From: Minisyncoccota bacterium
GTDB lineage: Bacteria; Patescibacteriota; Minisyncoccia; Phycocordibacterales; UBA9973
Assembly (NCBI GenBank): GCA_041659845.1
Contig: JBAZXM010000002.1
Span: 4 to 64,003, forward strand
Direction: 5' to 3'
DNA length: 64,000 bases
Part shown: positions 38,528-48,227 of the stretch, one piece after another
Layout: each line of letters starts with the position of its first letter
Position numbering within the stretch: the first letter of the stretch is position 1
Position numbers and translations under genes: made by a program
Notes under the pieces: generated by a model
The model's database searches: none
What the model was told of the DNA's origin: nothing
Seen by the model: only the letters and a program-made list of their open reading frames with translations

Positions 38528-39877
38528 TCAATGGGAGTATACCAAGGGCCCACCCGGTGCATCTTTCACTTCAAATCCCAAATCGTTTATCTTTTTTCGT
38601 AGCTCGTCTGATCGATTGAAGTCTTTTGTAATTCTGGCAGATTCTCGTTCGTCTATAAGTTTTTGAACTTCTTCTGGGATGATTGTTTTTTTAAGTGTGG
38701 AAAATCCAAGCCCGAGTACTTGATCTAAATCAAGCACTGTCGCACGACGGTCAGCATTGGGAACCTTCTCGTCTTTAATTACATCCCAAAGCACGGTAAG
38801 CGCGCGAGGAGTATCAAGGTCATTTGCTAAGTATTCTTTAAATTTGTTTTTATATTCTTCATTAACAGTACCAGTATCTTCTCCAAGCTCGAGGAAAAGA
38901 TTGTATAGGCGTTTAAGCGCAGTTTCCGTACCTACAAGAGCTTCCCATGTGAAATTAATTGGCGTTCTGTAACTTGCCATAAGCATTAGGTATCGGAAGG
39001 CTAGGGGATTTATATTTTTTTCAATAATATCTCGAAGCGTGTAAAAATTCCCTAAGGATTTTGACATTTTTTTGCCGTCTACAAGTAGCCAGGCATTGTG
39101 CATCCAGTAATTGACGAAATGCTCGCCGGTAGCGCATTCAGACTGTGCAATTTCATTTTCATGGTGGGGGAACATATTATCTATACCGCCGGTGTGGATG
39201 TCAAAATGATTCCCAAGCTCTTTAGTGCTCATTGCCGAGCATTCTATGTGCCAGCCCGGGCGTCCTTTGCCGAGAGACGTCTCCCAAAAGACATCTCCAT
39301 CACTCTCATCCCACATTTTCCACAGTGCGAAGTCTCGAGCGTCATCTTTTTCATATTCATCTTTTATAATTCGTCCTCCGGCATTTTCCTTCAGCGCATC
39401 AAGTGAGAGATTATTAAGTTCTCCGTATTTTGGAAATTTTTTAATTGAAAAATAAATACTACCGTCTTCGCCCTTATAAGCAAAACCTTTTTCAAGAAGC
39501 TTTTCAATCATTACAACCATTTCTTTCACATAATCCGTCGCCTTTGTGTATTTCGTCGCAGGCAATATATTCAAAATATCGCGGTCTTTGAAAAATTCAT
39601 TAGTGTAGTATTCAGTAAATTCCTTAAGTGATTTACCAGTAGCCTTTGAATCACGGATTGTTTTATCATCTATGTCTGTGATATTCATTATGTGGTTTAC
39701 GTCATACCCCACGTAGACAAGTGCGCGCTTCAGTACGTCGCCGAATATGTACGCTCGATAATTACCGATATGCGGGAAGTTGTAGACTGTCGGCCCACAG
39801 GTATACATGCCGACTTTATTGCCATTAATCGGTTTGAATTCCTCCTCTTTCTTTGTCAGAGTATTATAGAGCTTCAT
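38528..39877 (-). CDS. cysS: Cysteine--tRNA ligase
   Basis: CGPTVY, HIGN, GRPGWHIECS, FPHHENE, KMSKS. Confidence 0.98.
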   Translation of the reverse strand: MKLYNTLTKKEEEFKPINGNKVGMYTCGPTVYNFPHIGNYRAYIFGDVLKRALVYVGYDVNHIMNITDIDDKTIRDSKATGKSLKEFTEYYTNEFFKDRDILNILPATKYTKATDYVKEMVVMIEKLLEKGFAYKGEDGSIYFSIKKFPKYGELNNLSLDALKENAGGRIIKDEYEKDDARDFALWKMWDESDGDVFWETSLGKGRPGWHIECSAMSTKELGNHFDIHTGGIDNMFPHHENEIAQSECATGEHFVNYWMHNAWLLVDGKKMSKSLGNFYTLRDIIEKNINPLAFRYLMLMASYRTPINFTWEALVGTETALKRLYNLFLELGEDTGTVNEEYKNKFKEYLANDLDTPRALTVLWDVIKDEKVPNADRRATVLDLDQVLGLGFSTLKKTIIPEEVQKLIDERESARITKDFNRSDELRKKINDLGFEVKDAPGGPLVYSH

Positions 39878-40683
39878 TTGAAGTAAATACCTACGATGCT
39901 GAAGGCTAGCGTCAAAATGAAAATGATTATGGAAAAGATGGTTAGGCGCTTGATTGTCCGGTTTGTCTTTGCTGTGAGTAGGGAGTCATTTGTTTCGCGT
40001 AAATCAACCAGCATTTCCTTGTCTCCATCGACGACATTTCTTATTTTATTGTACTCACCGGTAATTGCTGAGAGATAATATGAGAAATCTTCACCGAAGA
40101 ATTTTTTCCCAGCAGATTCAAATGATGAAAGCACTTCATGATGGAAGCGGACAGCCTGCTTGAAGTCGAGGAGCTTCCTGTGTACGTAAGAAATCTTTTT
40201 AACCATTTGAGCCTCCTTACCTTCAAAGATATTCATTTCAATCGCTTTCAAATCACTAGTGATACCGTCGAGCTGGCTCATGAGCGAGCTGTAGAGTTCC
40301 TTGATGATATGGTAAAAGAGGAAGCCGGCATGAGGGCCGATGAAATTATTATTGAGCATTGAATTAGTTTCAAAAACTTTTCCGAAATCATGCAATGCGT
40401 CCACCATTTCATAATGCGTAGTGATGAGGAAATTCTTGCCTAATATGAAGTCGATTTCTTGCTCGTCCTGACGGCCGTCATTTTGGCGCATGGTAGGGAA
40501 GTGAAGGATGACATAAATGCAATTAGAGTAGACATCCACCTTTGATCGCAAGGTTTTTTTAAGCATTTCTTCGACTACTAGCGGGGGGATGCTGTATTCG
40601 TCAATTAGAGCGATAATCTCTTCGCGTTTTGGAGATCCAGCATCAATCCAAGTCAAATCCTTATAAGTATATTTTGAAATCAT
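39874..40683 (-). CDS. CorA-family protein, C-terminally short (no GMN motif, no second TM)
   Basis: CorA-like cytoplasmic domain (RSKVDVY, EIDFILG, N.TIKRLT); ends after one TM with GIYFK*. Confidence 0.75.
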   Translation of the reverse strand: MISKYTYKDLTWIDAGSPKREEIIALIDEYSIPPLVVEEMLKKTLRSKVDVYSNCIYVILHFPTMRQNDGRQDEQEIDFILGKNFLITTHYEMVDALHDFGKVFETNSMLNNNFIGPHAGFLFYHIIKELYSSLMSQLDGITSDLKAIEMNIFEGKEAQMVKKISYVHRKLLDFKQAVRFHHEVLSSFESAGKKFFGEDFSYYLSAITGEYNKIRNVVDGDKEMLVDLRETNDSLLTAKTNRTIKRLTIFSIIIFILTLAFSIVGIYFK

Positions 40684-40759
40684 AATAGTTCTATTATAAA
40701 GGAAAATCAGCAAACACCAAAGCTTGCCTTATCTGGATTTTCTTGCTATTATGCCATAC

Positions 40760-41077
40760 ATGGAATTTGCTGTTATAAAAACAGGCGGAAAGCAGTATAA
40801 AGTCTCAGTTGGTGAAGTTATCACTATTGAGAAGCTTCCTGGTGCCCACGTTGTGGGTGATAAAATCACGTTTGAAAGCGTGCTTCTTGTTGATAATGGC
40901 AAAGACACTACTATCGGTACTCCTTACATTAAGGGTGCGAAAGTTGAGGCTACATTTCAAGCCGAAGGCCGAGCAAAGACTGTTATGGTCATGAAATACA
41001 AGGCAAAAAGCCGATACCTCAAGAAAAACGGCCACCGCCAGCCATTTGCGAAAGTCAAAATCACAGCAATTAAGTAA
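40760..41077 (+). CDS. rplU: 50S ribosomal protein L21
   Basis: AVIKTGGKQYKV, IGTPYI, GHRQPF. Confidence 0.98.
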   Translation: MEFAVIKTGGKQYKVSVGEVITIEKLPGAHVVGDKITFESVLLVDNGKDTTIGTPYIKGAKVEATFQAEGRAKTVMVMKYKAKSRYLKKNGHRQPFAKVKITAIK

Positions 41078-41105
41078 AAATCTCTCAATAAAATGAGAGA
41101 TTTTT
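41076..41105 (+). terminator. Intrinsic terminator
   Basis: AAAAATCTCTCA-ataaaa-TGAGAGATTTTT. Confidence 0.8.
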
Positions 41106-41162
41106 ACTACTATTGACAAAATACTACTTTCGTGTTTAATTGAAGTAAATAAACTTAGCACA

Positions 41163-41843
41163 TTGAAAAAACTATCCATCTTCTTATTATTAGCAGGGAT
41201 GCTGGTCTTAAGCGCTTGTGGTTCAGGCGAAATCAAAAACCAAAAGAAAGTAGAAAAATTTCCAACTCTTTTTCTAGAGGGTAGAGATACTCTCATTGAA
41301 GAAGAAAACCAGGCATGGCACCAAGTAGATCATTCATACACAAAATGTAATGGCAGTCCCGGAGTTCGTAAAGTTTGGGAGCCTGCTGCCGATGTGGACG
41401 GGGTGCCGTATGTACGAGCCCATCAATTAAAAGTTCAGGGCGACACCTTGAGCTTGGATTCATTAAAGAAAATTTTTAATGTTTCAGGCATGGGGAAAAG
41501 TAATCCAAAGAATAGTATTGCCGGTCTATGGGATGGCATTCAATGGAATTGGCTAGGCTTTATAATTTTTTGGGGACTCTTGGCTTTGCTGGCGCTACTT
41601 CTTTTAGCACTACTCATTTGGTTACTGAATTTATTAAGTAGCTTTTTTACCAGAAAGTCTTCGTCTCAACCAGCACCAGCTCCGGCACCTATTCCTGCTC
41701 CACAAGCAGCGCCTAATCAATGTACGCCTGGTAATTGTAATTGTGGTAGAAATGGATGCTATATGAATCCGCATCCCATGTTGAAAAAGAGGACTACTAC
41801 TATTGTTGAAGAGTTCTATCCACCCACATCGGAAAAAAGATGA
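41163..41843 (+). CDS. Hypothetical lipoprotein-like membrane protein (orphan cassette)
   Basis: MKKLSIFLLLAGMLVLSAC lipobox, internal TM, Pro/Ala- and Cys-rich tail; TTGACA at 41113. Confidence 0.6.
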   Translation: MKKLSIFLLLAGMLVLSACGSGEIKNQKKVEKFPTLFLEGRDTLIEEENQAWHQVDHSYTKCNGSPGVRKVWEPAADVDGVPYVRAHQLKVQGDTLSLDSLKKIFNVSGMGKSNPKNSIAGLWDGIQWNWLGFIIFWGLLALLALLLLALLIWLLNLLSSFFTRKSSSQPAPAPAPIPAPQAAPNQCTPGNCNCGRNGCYMNPHPMLKKRTTTIVEEFYPPTSEKR

Positions 41844-41858
41844 CGATCTTAAAACGTG

Positions 41859-41889
41859 AAAACCTTCCAAATTTTTGGAAGGTTTTTTT
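41859..41889. terminator. Bidirectional terminator
   Basis: AAAACCTTCCAAA..TTTGGAAGGTTTT. Confidence 0.8.
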
Positions 41890-41898
41890 ATTTCCCGA

Positions 41899-42336
41899 TT
41901 AAAAAGGAATCATCTCTCCTTTTTCATCACGGACTCTTTTTATTGTGTCCTCAACGCTAAGTTTCCTGGCTCTTTGAAACTGATCGTAATCTAAACTAAA
42001 AATGTAGCCATTTTTATAGATTGTCCATAAAATTGTTTTTTTGTTTCTTTTGAAAAACCATTCAGCTTCTCCGTACACTCCGGCACCCCAGGCTCCATCA
42101 CTAAAGGGAAGGAAAATGCCAGTATCGCATTTAGGTAGTACAACTTTGAAAAAGTAATCCATTCCATTACCAGTATCTTTTTTCCACTGCTGATAGCCCT
42201 CTTGGTGGTGCAACTGATTTGGATTTTCAATTTTAAAATCAGGACGAGCTTGTTTAATTATTTTCAGTAATTTTTCTTCAAATTTGGTTCCATATGTATT
42301 TATAGGATGCCCAAAGTACATAACTCTTTTTTTCAT
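41899..42336 (-). CDS. Hypothetical protein with a nucleoside 2-deoxyribosyltransferase-like fold
   Basis: MYFGHP...ENP...CD..IF......GAGVYGEAEW resembles NDT/TIR-like motifs. Confidence 0.5.
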   Translation of the reverse strand: MKKRVMYFGHPINTYGTKFEEKLLKIIKQARPDFKIENPNQLHHQEGYQQWKKDTGNGMDYFFKVVLPKCDTGIFLPFSDGAWGAGVYGEAEWFFKRNKKTILWTIYKNGYIFSLDYDQFQRARKLSVEDTIKRVRDEKGEMIPF

Positions 42337-42390
42337 GGGAACAGGTTTTGATTTACCAGAATACTACTCTTTTTATTCAAAAAATCAAAC

Positions 42391-42426
42391 TACCCCAAAA
42401 GTGCGCTATAGCGCACTTTTGGGGTA
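42391..42426. repeat. 36-bp perfect palindrome, divergent family copy 3
   Basis: TACCCCAAAAGTGCGCTATAGCGCACTTTTGGGGTA is self-complementary; core CGCTATAGCG. Confidence 0.9.
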
Positions 42427-42431
42427 AAAGA

Positions 42432-43046
42432 TTATTGTCTATTCTTCAACGCATTTTTGATTGTGTCTGAATCAGAGTATTCGAGCTCTGTACCGGTGGA
42501 GAGTCCGCGGCCGAGGCTTGAGATTTTAATTTGATATTCTTCTCTAAGCGAGGAGAGCATTTGGCGAGTGTAAATATCAGTATTGTCGCCTTGCGGGTTT
42601 AACGAGAAAGCAAGAATGATTTCCTTCAGTCCACTCGCTACATCCTTTTTAACTTTTTCAAAAAGTTCCTTAGAGCGTACAAGTTTCTCGGTATTCTTTT
42701 CTACGATTGGCACTAATCCGCCCAGAATAAAATAAAGCCCATTGTATGATTTACTTTTACGAATGCTTTCGAGATCGCTATCCTTCTCGACGATCATCAA
42801 TATGCTTTTATCCGTCGCGGAGCTTGCACAGATATCACAGAGCTCATTGCCATCTGTCTGGAAGAAGCGATGACAAGATGTACATTCAGAAATATTTTGT
42901 TTAAGTGTTTTTACAGATTCAATCAATGATTGTAAATATGATTGATCTTGCTTAAGAAGGAAATACACAAAACGCCTCGATTGGCGTTCACCGATGCCGG
43001 GGAATTTTGCAAACAGTTCTGCAAGTTTTTCGATTGAATTATTCAT
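42432..43046 (-). CDS. recR: Recombination mediator RecR
   Basis: PGIGERQSRR, CxxC...CxxC, YFILGG, Toprim domain, GTELEYSD. Confidence 0.95.
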   Translation of the reverse strand: MNNSIEKLAELFAKFPGIGERQSRRFVYFLLKQDQSYLQSLIESVKTLKQNISECTSCHRFFQTDGNELCDICASSATDKSILMIVEKDSDLESIRKSKSYNGLYFILGGLVPIVEKNTEKLVRSKELFEKVKKDVASGLKEIILAFSLNPQGDNTDIYTRQMLSSLREEYQIKISSLGRGLSTGTELEYSDSDTIKNALKNRQ

Positions 43047-44461
43047 TAAAAATCATCAAGTGAGCCGGCTTTAGACCGAGCCATTTTGCCATAGCCATCA
43101 TCTTTTTCGAGGTCAAGAAATGTGGACTTGTCTTTGTCGAAATAAAGCTCGACTCTTCCGACTGGGCCGTTTCTATGCTTTTCAATGAGAATTTCGGCAA
43201 TATTAGTCTGCTCGGATTCTTCCTTTCCTTTATCTTCGCGATGAATAAACATCACCACATCAGCATCTTGTTCGATTGATCCGGAATCACGCAGGTCGGA
43301 AAGGCGTGGCTTGCCTCCGCGTGCTTCAACTGCTCGAGAGAGCTGTGAGAGTGCGAGCACGGGCACATTGAATTCTTTTGCCAAACCTTTCAATGAGCGA
43401 GAAATTTCAGTCACTTGGTTGACCATTGAATCATAATTTTTACTCGTTGACATGAGCTGTAGATAGTCGACAATAACAAGTCCAAGCCCATTTTCAGCCT
43501 TGAGTCTTCGGATAATCGTACGCATTTGTATGATGTTAGTCGCGGATTTGTCATAAATGAATATCGGCGCTTTGGAAAATTTATCAAGAGATTCACGAAG
43601 CTTGGAAAATTCACTGTCAGCCGAGAGTTTGCCTGTGCGCAGATTCCACGCGTTCACCCGCGATTCGGCCGCGAGCATTCTATCCACTAATTGCTGAATC
43701 GACATTTCAAGAGAGAAAATACCGACAGGAATATTATGTCTAACCGCAGCATGGCGAGCAATATCGAGAGCGAGAGTTGTTTTACCGACGGATGGGCGCG
43801 CTGCGAGTATGATAAGGTCAGATTCTTGGAATCCGGAAAGCATTGCGTCCAAATCACGGAAGCCAGTGGAAATACCCCGGAGTTCGCCTTTGTTTTCGTG
43901 TAATTTTTCTAATCGCTCCCATGCTTCTGGTAAGGTTTCTTTGATGTGAACAAACCTTTGGCTTTTACTCTGATTTGAAGTAACATCATAAATTTTCTTC
44001 CCTGCTTCATCCAGAATTTCATCAATATGAGTGTCGCCCTCATTAAAGCCGAGCTCGACGACTCGATCGGCCGCTTCAATCAGTTTTCGTAATGTATATT
44101 TTTTATAAACGATTTCCGCGTAGTGCCTGATGTTGGCGGAGGAGGGAACGGTCTGTGAAATTTCTGTCAGATATGAAGTTCCACCGACATTATCGAGTAT
44201 CTTTTTTTCTTTTAATTTTGTCGAGAGCGAAATCAGATCGATAGGTTCGTTCTTATTCGAAAGGTCGAGCATTGATTGGTATATCATTGCATGCTTGTCC
44301 GCATAAAATGATTCCGGGGTGAGCACATCAGCAATTTCATATACAGCTCCTGGGCGGAGCATGATAGAGCCCAAGACCGCCTTCTCGGAATCCAAGCTTT
44401 GCGGAGGAACGCGTAGGACTGGCGCCGATCTCTGTGTATTTTTATTGAAGTCTTTGGACAT
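43046..44461 (-). CDS. dnaB: Replicative DNA helicase DnaB
   Basis: AARPSVGKT, FSLEM, VDYLQLM, LSQLSR, LRDSGSIEQDAD. Confidence 0.98.
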   Translation of the reverse strand: MSKDFNKNTQRSAPVLRVPPQSLDSEKAVLGSIMLRPGAVYEIADVLTPESFYADKHAMIYQSMLDLSNKNEPIDLISLSTKLKEKKILDNVGGTSYLTEISQTVPSSANIRHYAEIVYKKYTLRKLIEAADRVVELGFNEGDTHIDEILDEAGKKIYDVTSNQSKSQRFVHIKETLPEAWERLEKLHENKGELRGISTGFRDLDAMLSGFQESDLIILAARPSVGKTTLALDIARHAAVRHNIPVGIFSLEMSIQQLVDRMLAAESRVNAWNLRTGKLSADSEFSKLRESLDKFSKAPIFIYDKSATNIIQMRTIIRRLKAENGLGLVIVDYLQLMSTSKNYDSMVNQVTEISRSLKGLAKEFNVPVLALSQLSRAVEARGGKPRLSDLRDSGSIEQDADVVMFIHREDKGKEESEQTNIAEILIEKHRNGPVGRVELYFDKDKSTFLDLEKDDGYGKMARSKAGSLDDF

Positions 44462-44527
44462 ACAGTGATACTACCACAGCGCGTCTACCATTCAAAAATC
44501 AAAATCCTTAAGAACCTGTGCGTACCC

Positions 44528-44536
44528 TGTGGATTA
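44528..44536. promoter_or_regulatory. Near-consensus DnaA box between the divergent dnaB and trpS genes
   Basis: TGTGGATTA, an 8/9 match to TGTGGATAA. Confidence 0.35.
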
Positions 44537-44552
44537 ATGTTATAATCTTCGC

Positions 44553-45503
44553 ATGTCACAAAAAATTCTTATTTCCGGGGTTAAGCCTACAGGCACAGTA
44601 CATATTGGCAATTATTTCGGTGCAATGAAGCAGTTTATCGATCTTGAAAGTTCCTACGAAAGCTATGTTTTCATAGCTGATTTACATGCTTTGACTAGTG
44701 TGCAAAATAGAGAGCAAATGACACAAGGAATACTTGATGTCGCGCTTGATTATCTTGCTATAGGCCTCGATCCGAAGAAAACCTGCCTCTTTAAGCAGTC
44801 TGACCTTCCGGAAGTCACTGAGCTTGCTTGGACTTTCAACTGCATCACTACTATGCCTTACCTTATGCGCGCTCATGCCTTCAAAGATGCGGAAGCGAAG
44901 AATAAAGAAATAAATGTCGGAGTTTTTGATTATCCGATTCTCATGGCTGCCGATATCTTAATTCAAAATGCGGATGTAGTACCTGTCGGGCTTGATCAAA
45001 AACAGCATATTGAGTACACACGCGACATAGCGGAGAAATTCAACCACATTTTCGGCGAGACATTCAAATTACCAGAACCGCTCATCATGGAGAGTGTAGC
45101 GACTGTGCTCGGAACAGATGGGCGCAAGATGTCTAAAAGCTATGGCAACACAATTCCTCTTTTCGCTGAAGAAGATGAATTACGGAAACTTGTGATGGGT
45201 ATCGTGACAGATTCAAGCGGGGGAATTCCAGAAAATGTTTATGTTATTCACAAGTTAATCAAGCCTGAATCAGAACTGAAAGATTTATATGAATCAAAGA
45301 AGGGTAAGTATAAAGAATTAAAGGAGGCACTGGCTGACGACCTCGAAGCATTTATCGCTCCTATGCGTGAACGCCGTAAAGAGTTGGCGAAAAATAAAGA
45401 CGAAGTACTGGCCATGCTTGCCGAAAATGCTTTGAAAATAAAAGCCCGCATCGCTCCAAAAATGAATGAGGTTAGGGAAAAGATAGGAGTTAAATTGGAT
45501 TAA
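44553..45503 (+). CDS. trpS: Tryptophan--tRNA ligase
   Basis: PTGTVHIGNYFGA, YPILMAADIL, VPVGLDQKQH, KMSKS. Confidence 0.98.
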   Translation: MSQKILISGVKPTGTVHIGNYFGAMKQFIDLESSYESYVFIADLHALTSVQNREQMTQGILDVALDYLAIGLDPKKTCLFKQSDLPEVTELAWTFNCITTMPYLMRAHAFKDAEAKNKEINVGVFDYPILMAADILIQNADVVPVGLDQKQHIEYTRDIAEKFNHIFGETFKLPEPLIMESVATVLGTDGRKMSKSYGNTIPLFAEEDELRKLVMGIVTDSSGGIPENVYVIHKLIKPESELKDLYESKKGKYKELKEALADDLEAFIAPMRERRKELAKNKDEVLAMLAENALKIKARIAPKMNEVREKIGVKLD

Positions 45504-45522
45504 GGTTTTTAGAAATCCAAAA

Positions 45523-47364
45523 ATGAAAATAAAAAATACAGAAGACAATTATACATTGCAAGGACTTCTTGATTTTTCTAAGATTTTACAAAACTTAAAA
45601 AAATCTATTTCTTTTGCATTCAAATCCGACAAGGCGCGAGTAATCGTCCTTATTACTATTGCCGTGATCACTGCGGTTATTCCGTATCTGCAAAACGGAC
45701 TTTTCGGAAAGCTTATTGATTCGACAATCAATTACAAAGTTGAGGGTACTGGGTTACAGGGAATTTTATTCACAGTAGTGCTATTGATTATTGCTACTGC
45801 TATTCCTAATATAGCCAGCCTTATTAAAAGTTTTGTTGATACGAATTTTCGCTTTAATCTTACTCAATTTATAGAAATTTATTTTTTGAAGAAAATAAGT
45901 TCTCTGGATATTGCAACAATAGAAAGTACGGAATATCAGGAATTAACTCAAAAGGCCAATGAACGAGGGTCGATGAGTATTTATCAACTCATTAGTTTTT
46001 CTATTGATAATTTCTCTAACCTTATTGGGGTTATTGTTTCTCTTGTTATTCTGGGTTTTATAGATCAAACACTTTTGTTATACGCATTCTTGGGGGCAAT
46101 TCCTGCACTTTACGTTCAACTTAAATATGGAAAAGATATTTATTGGATTTGGGACCTTAACTCCGGAAATCGAAGAAAGTATTTTAATCGCCGACACCAT
46201 TTTCAAAATACGACTGCATTGATTGAGGTTAAGCTTTATCAGCTTGCAAAAAATTTCCTTGGTGAGATAAAGAATATTCTAAGTAGTTTTAATGATGAAT
46301 TGAAATCAACCGAACGCAATAAGCTCACATGGGAGCTCTTGGCTCTTGGGGTGTTTGTTGTTTTTCTTGGAATGGGTATGTGGCGTATTGTTCACCTTAC
46401 GATAAGCGGTACTATGCCTATTGGCCAAATGTTTTTCGCATATACCACATATAGAGGATTTAAGGGGACGCTTATAGAATTTTTCCGAAAGATTGGCTGG
46501 ATGTCAGAGTTTTCTAATTATGTTGGCTACTGGTTTAAAATAGATGATTTGGTTCCTAAAATTCAAAATGAAAAAGACGCTTACAATCTCCATATCAAAG
46601 ACTTACCACCTCGTATTGAGTTTAAAAATGTCAGCTTCAGATATGATGTTGCAAGCAATAAAAGTTATGCCATCAAAGATCTTTCTTTTGTAGTTGAACC
46701 TGGGCAAAAGATTGCTATTGTTGGGCTCTCTGGAGCAGGAAAGACAACACTCATAAAGCTTTTGTGCAGAATTTATGATCCAGAGTCTGGTCATATTTTG
46801 ATTAACGGAAAAGATTTGCGGGAAATCAATCTTGATTCTTGGCAAGAACAATTGGCTGTAATGTTTCAAGATTTTGCCACATATGAATTTACAGTTCGTG
46901 AATCTATTGCTTTCGGTAATCCAAACATTGAACCTAATGAAAAGAAAATAAAACAAGCTGCCGAAATGGCAAAGGCACATGATTTTATTGACCGGTTACC
47001 CAAAAAGTATGACCAGCTATTATGGAAGGGATTTGAAGATGGAGTAGATCTTTCAAAGGGTGAACGCCAGCGTATGGCGCTTGCGCGAGTTCTTTATCGT
47101 GAATCACCAATTACGATCCTAGATGAGCCAACTGCATCTGTCGACGCTCTAGCTGAACAGGAAATATTCGGAACACTTGAGAAACTTCCAGGTGATAGAA
47201 CAGTAATTCTTATTTCTCACCGCTTCAGTACTGTAAAAAATACAGACAATATTCTTGTTATTGAGCATGGTCAATTGATTGAAGAAGGAAGTCATTTGAA
47301 ATTGATGAAAGAAAAAGGTAAATATGCTGAGCTGTACAAACTTCAAAAAGAGTCCTACGATTAA
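45523..47364 (+). CDS. ABC exporter with fused permease and ATP-binding domains
   Basis: Multiple TMs; GLSGAGKT, LSKGERQR, ILDEPT, ISHR. Confidence 0.93.
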   Translation: MKIKNTEDNYTLQGLLDFSKILQNLKKSISFAFKSDKARVIVLITIAVITAVIPYLQNGLFGKLIDSTINYKVEGTGLQGILFTVVLLIIATAIPNIASLIKSFVDTNFRFNLTQFIEIYFLKKISSLDIATIESTEYQELTQKANERGSMSIYQLISFSIDNFSNLIGVIVSLVILGFIDQTLLLYAFLGAIPALYVQLKYGKDIYWIWDLNSGNRRKYFNRRHHFQNTTALIEVKLYQLAKNFLGEIKNILSSFNDELKSTERNKLTWELLALGVFVVFLGMGMWRIVHLTISGTMPIGQMFFAYTTYRGFKGTLIEFFRKIGWMSEFSNYVGYWFKIDDLVPKIQNEKDAYNLHIKDLPPRIEFKNVSFRYDVASNKSYAIKDLSFVVEPGQKIAIVGLSGAGKTTLIKLLCRIYDPESGHILINGKDLREINLDSWQEQLAVMFQDFATYEFTVRESIAFGNPNIEPNEKKIKQAAEMAKAHDFIDRLPKKYDQLLWKGFEDGVDLSKGERQRMALARVLYRESPITILDEPTASVDALAEQEIFGTLEKLPGDRTVILISHRFSTVKNTDNILVIEHGQLIEEGSHLKLMKEKGKYAELYKLQKESYD

Positions 47365-47427
47365 CCCAAATTTCGTTGACAAAATAATTTATAACTTATA
47401 CAATTTGGATAAATAAAAATCTTTAAC

Positions 47428-48174
47428 ATGATGGAACCAACAGGGGCACTATTTATTATTTTAATGATAGTGGTCGTACTCTTCATTGTTTGGAGAGTAG
47501 AGATTGCCAAATGTAAAATACGTAAAGCCTCAACATTAGCCGAACTTTCTATATGTCATAATTCGCTTTCAGGATTCATTAAAAATCTCATACAAGCTTC
47601 ATATCTTACAAAGAGGATAAGATTAGTACGCAGTTTCATCGCGACAACGCCTTCATTTCTTGAGCTTATCAAGAAAATGCGTTCCTGTGCACATGAGGCG
47701 AGAATGCTTTTTGAAATATCTGAAAATGAAATTCTTGATTCTGCTTATGACGCGCTTGAGCACTGTTTCAATTATAATGAAGTAGAAAAGTTACGAACAC
47801 ATTTGGAACATCCTCATATTTTGCACAAAATCTTTCATGAAGAGGGAAGTCTTTGCAATGATTTTTACAAAAGTCTTATTGCAAAGGAGAACTATTTTTC
47901 TTTGAAAGATGCAGAGAATGCGAAATACAGTATTCGTGAGTTGTTTACGATTTACGAACGCGCGCATTTGAGCGAAATGGTGAGGAGGACGCTTGCAGAC
48001 CACCTTTCAAATTTGCTTGAAAAAGTGAATAGGGGAATAATCCTAAATACATTCACTGAAGAAGAAAAAGAAAGATGGAAAAAGGTGATCAGTTACAAAC
48101 ATCACTACGAGCAGAAAGTATTTGCGAAATATATGCATTTGTTTGCATCGGCGAAAAAGCCACCTGAACAATAG
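47428..48174 (+). CDS. Hypothetical protein with an N-terminal TM (orphan cassette)
   Basis: TTGACA-N17-TACAAT at 47376-47404; terminator at ~48157-48190. Confidence 0.6.
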   Translation: MMEPTGALFIILMIVVVLFIVWRVEIAKCKIRKASTLAELSICHNSLSGFIKNLIQASYLTKRIRLVRSFIATTPSFLELIKKMRSCAHEARMLFEISENEILDSAYDALEHCFNYNEVEKLRTHLEHPHILHKIFHEEGSLCNDFYKSLIAKENYFSLKDAENAKYSIRELFTIYERAHLSEMVRRTLADHLSNLLEKVNRGIILNTFTEEEKERWKKVISYKHHYEQKVFAKYMHLFASAKKPPEQ

Positions 48175-48227
48175 TACGGTGGTTTTTTTTATTTTCTAAA
48201 AATCGCTTTTATGCTATTATCTAGGGC

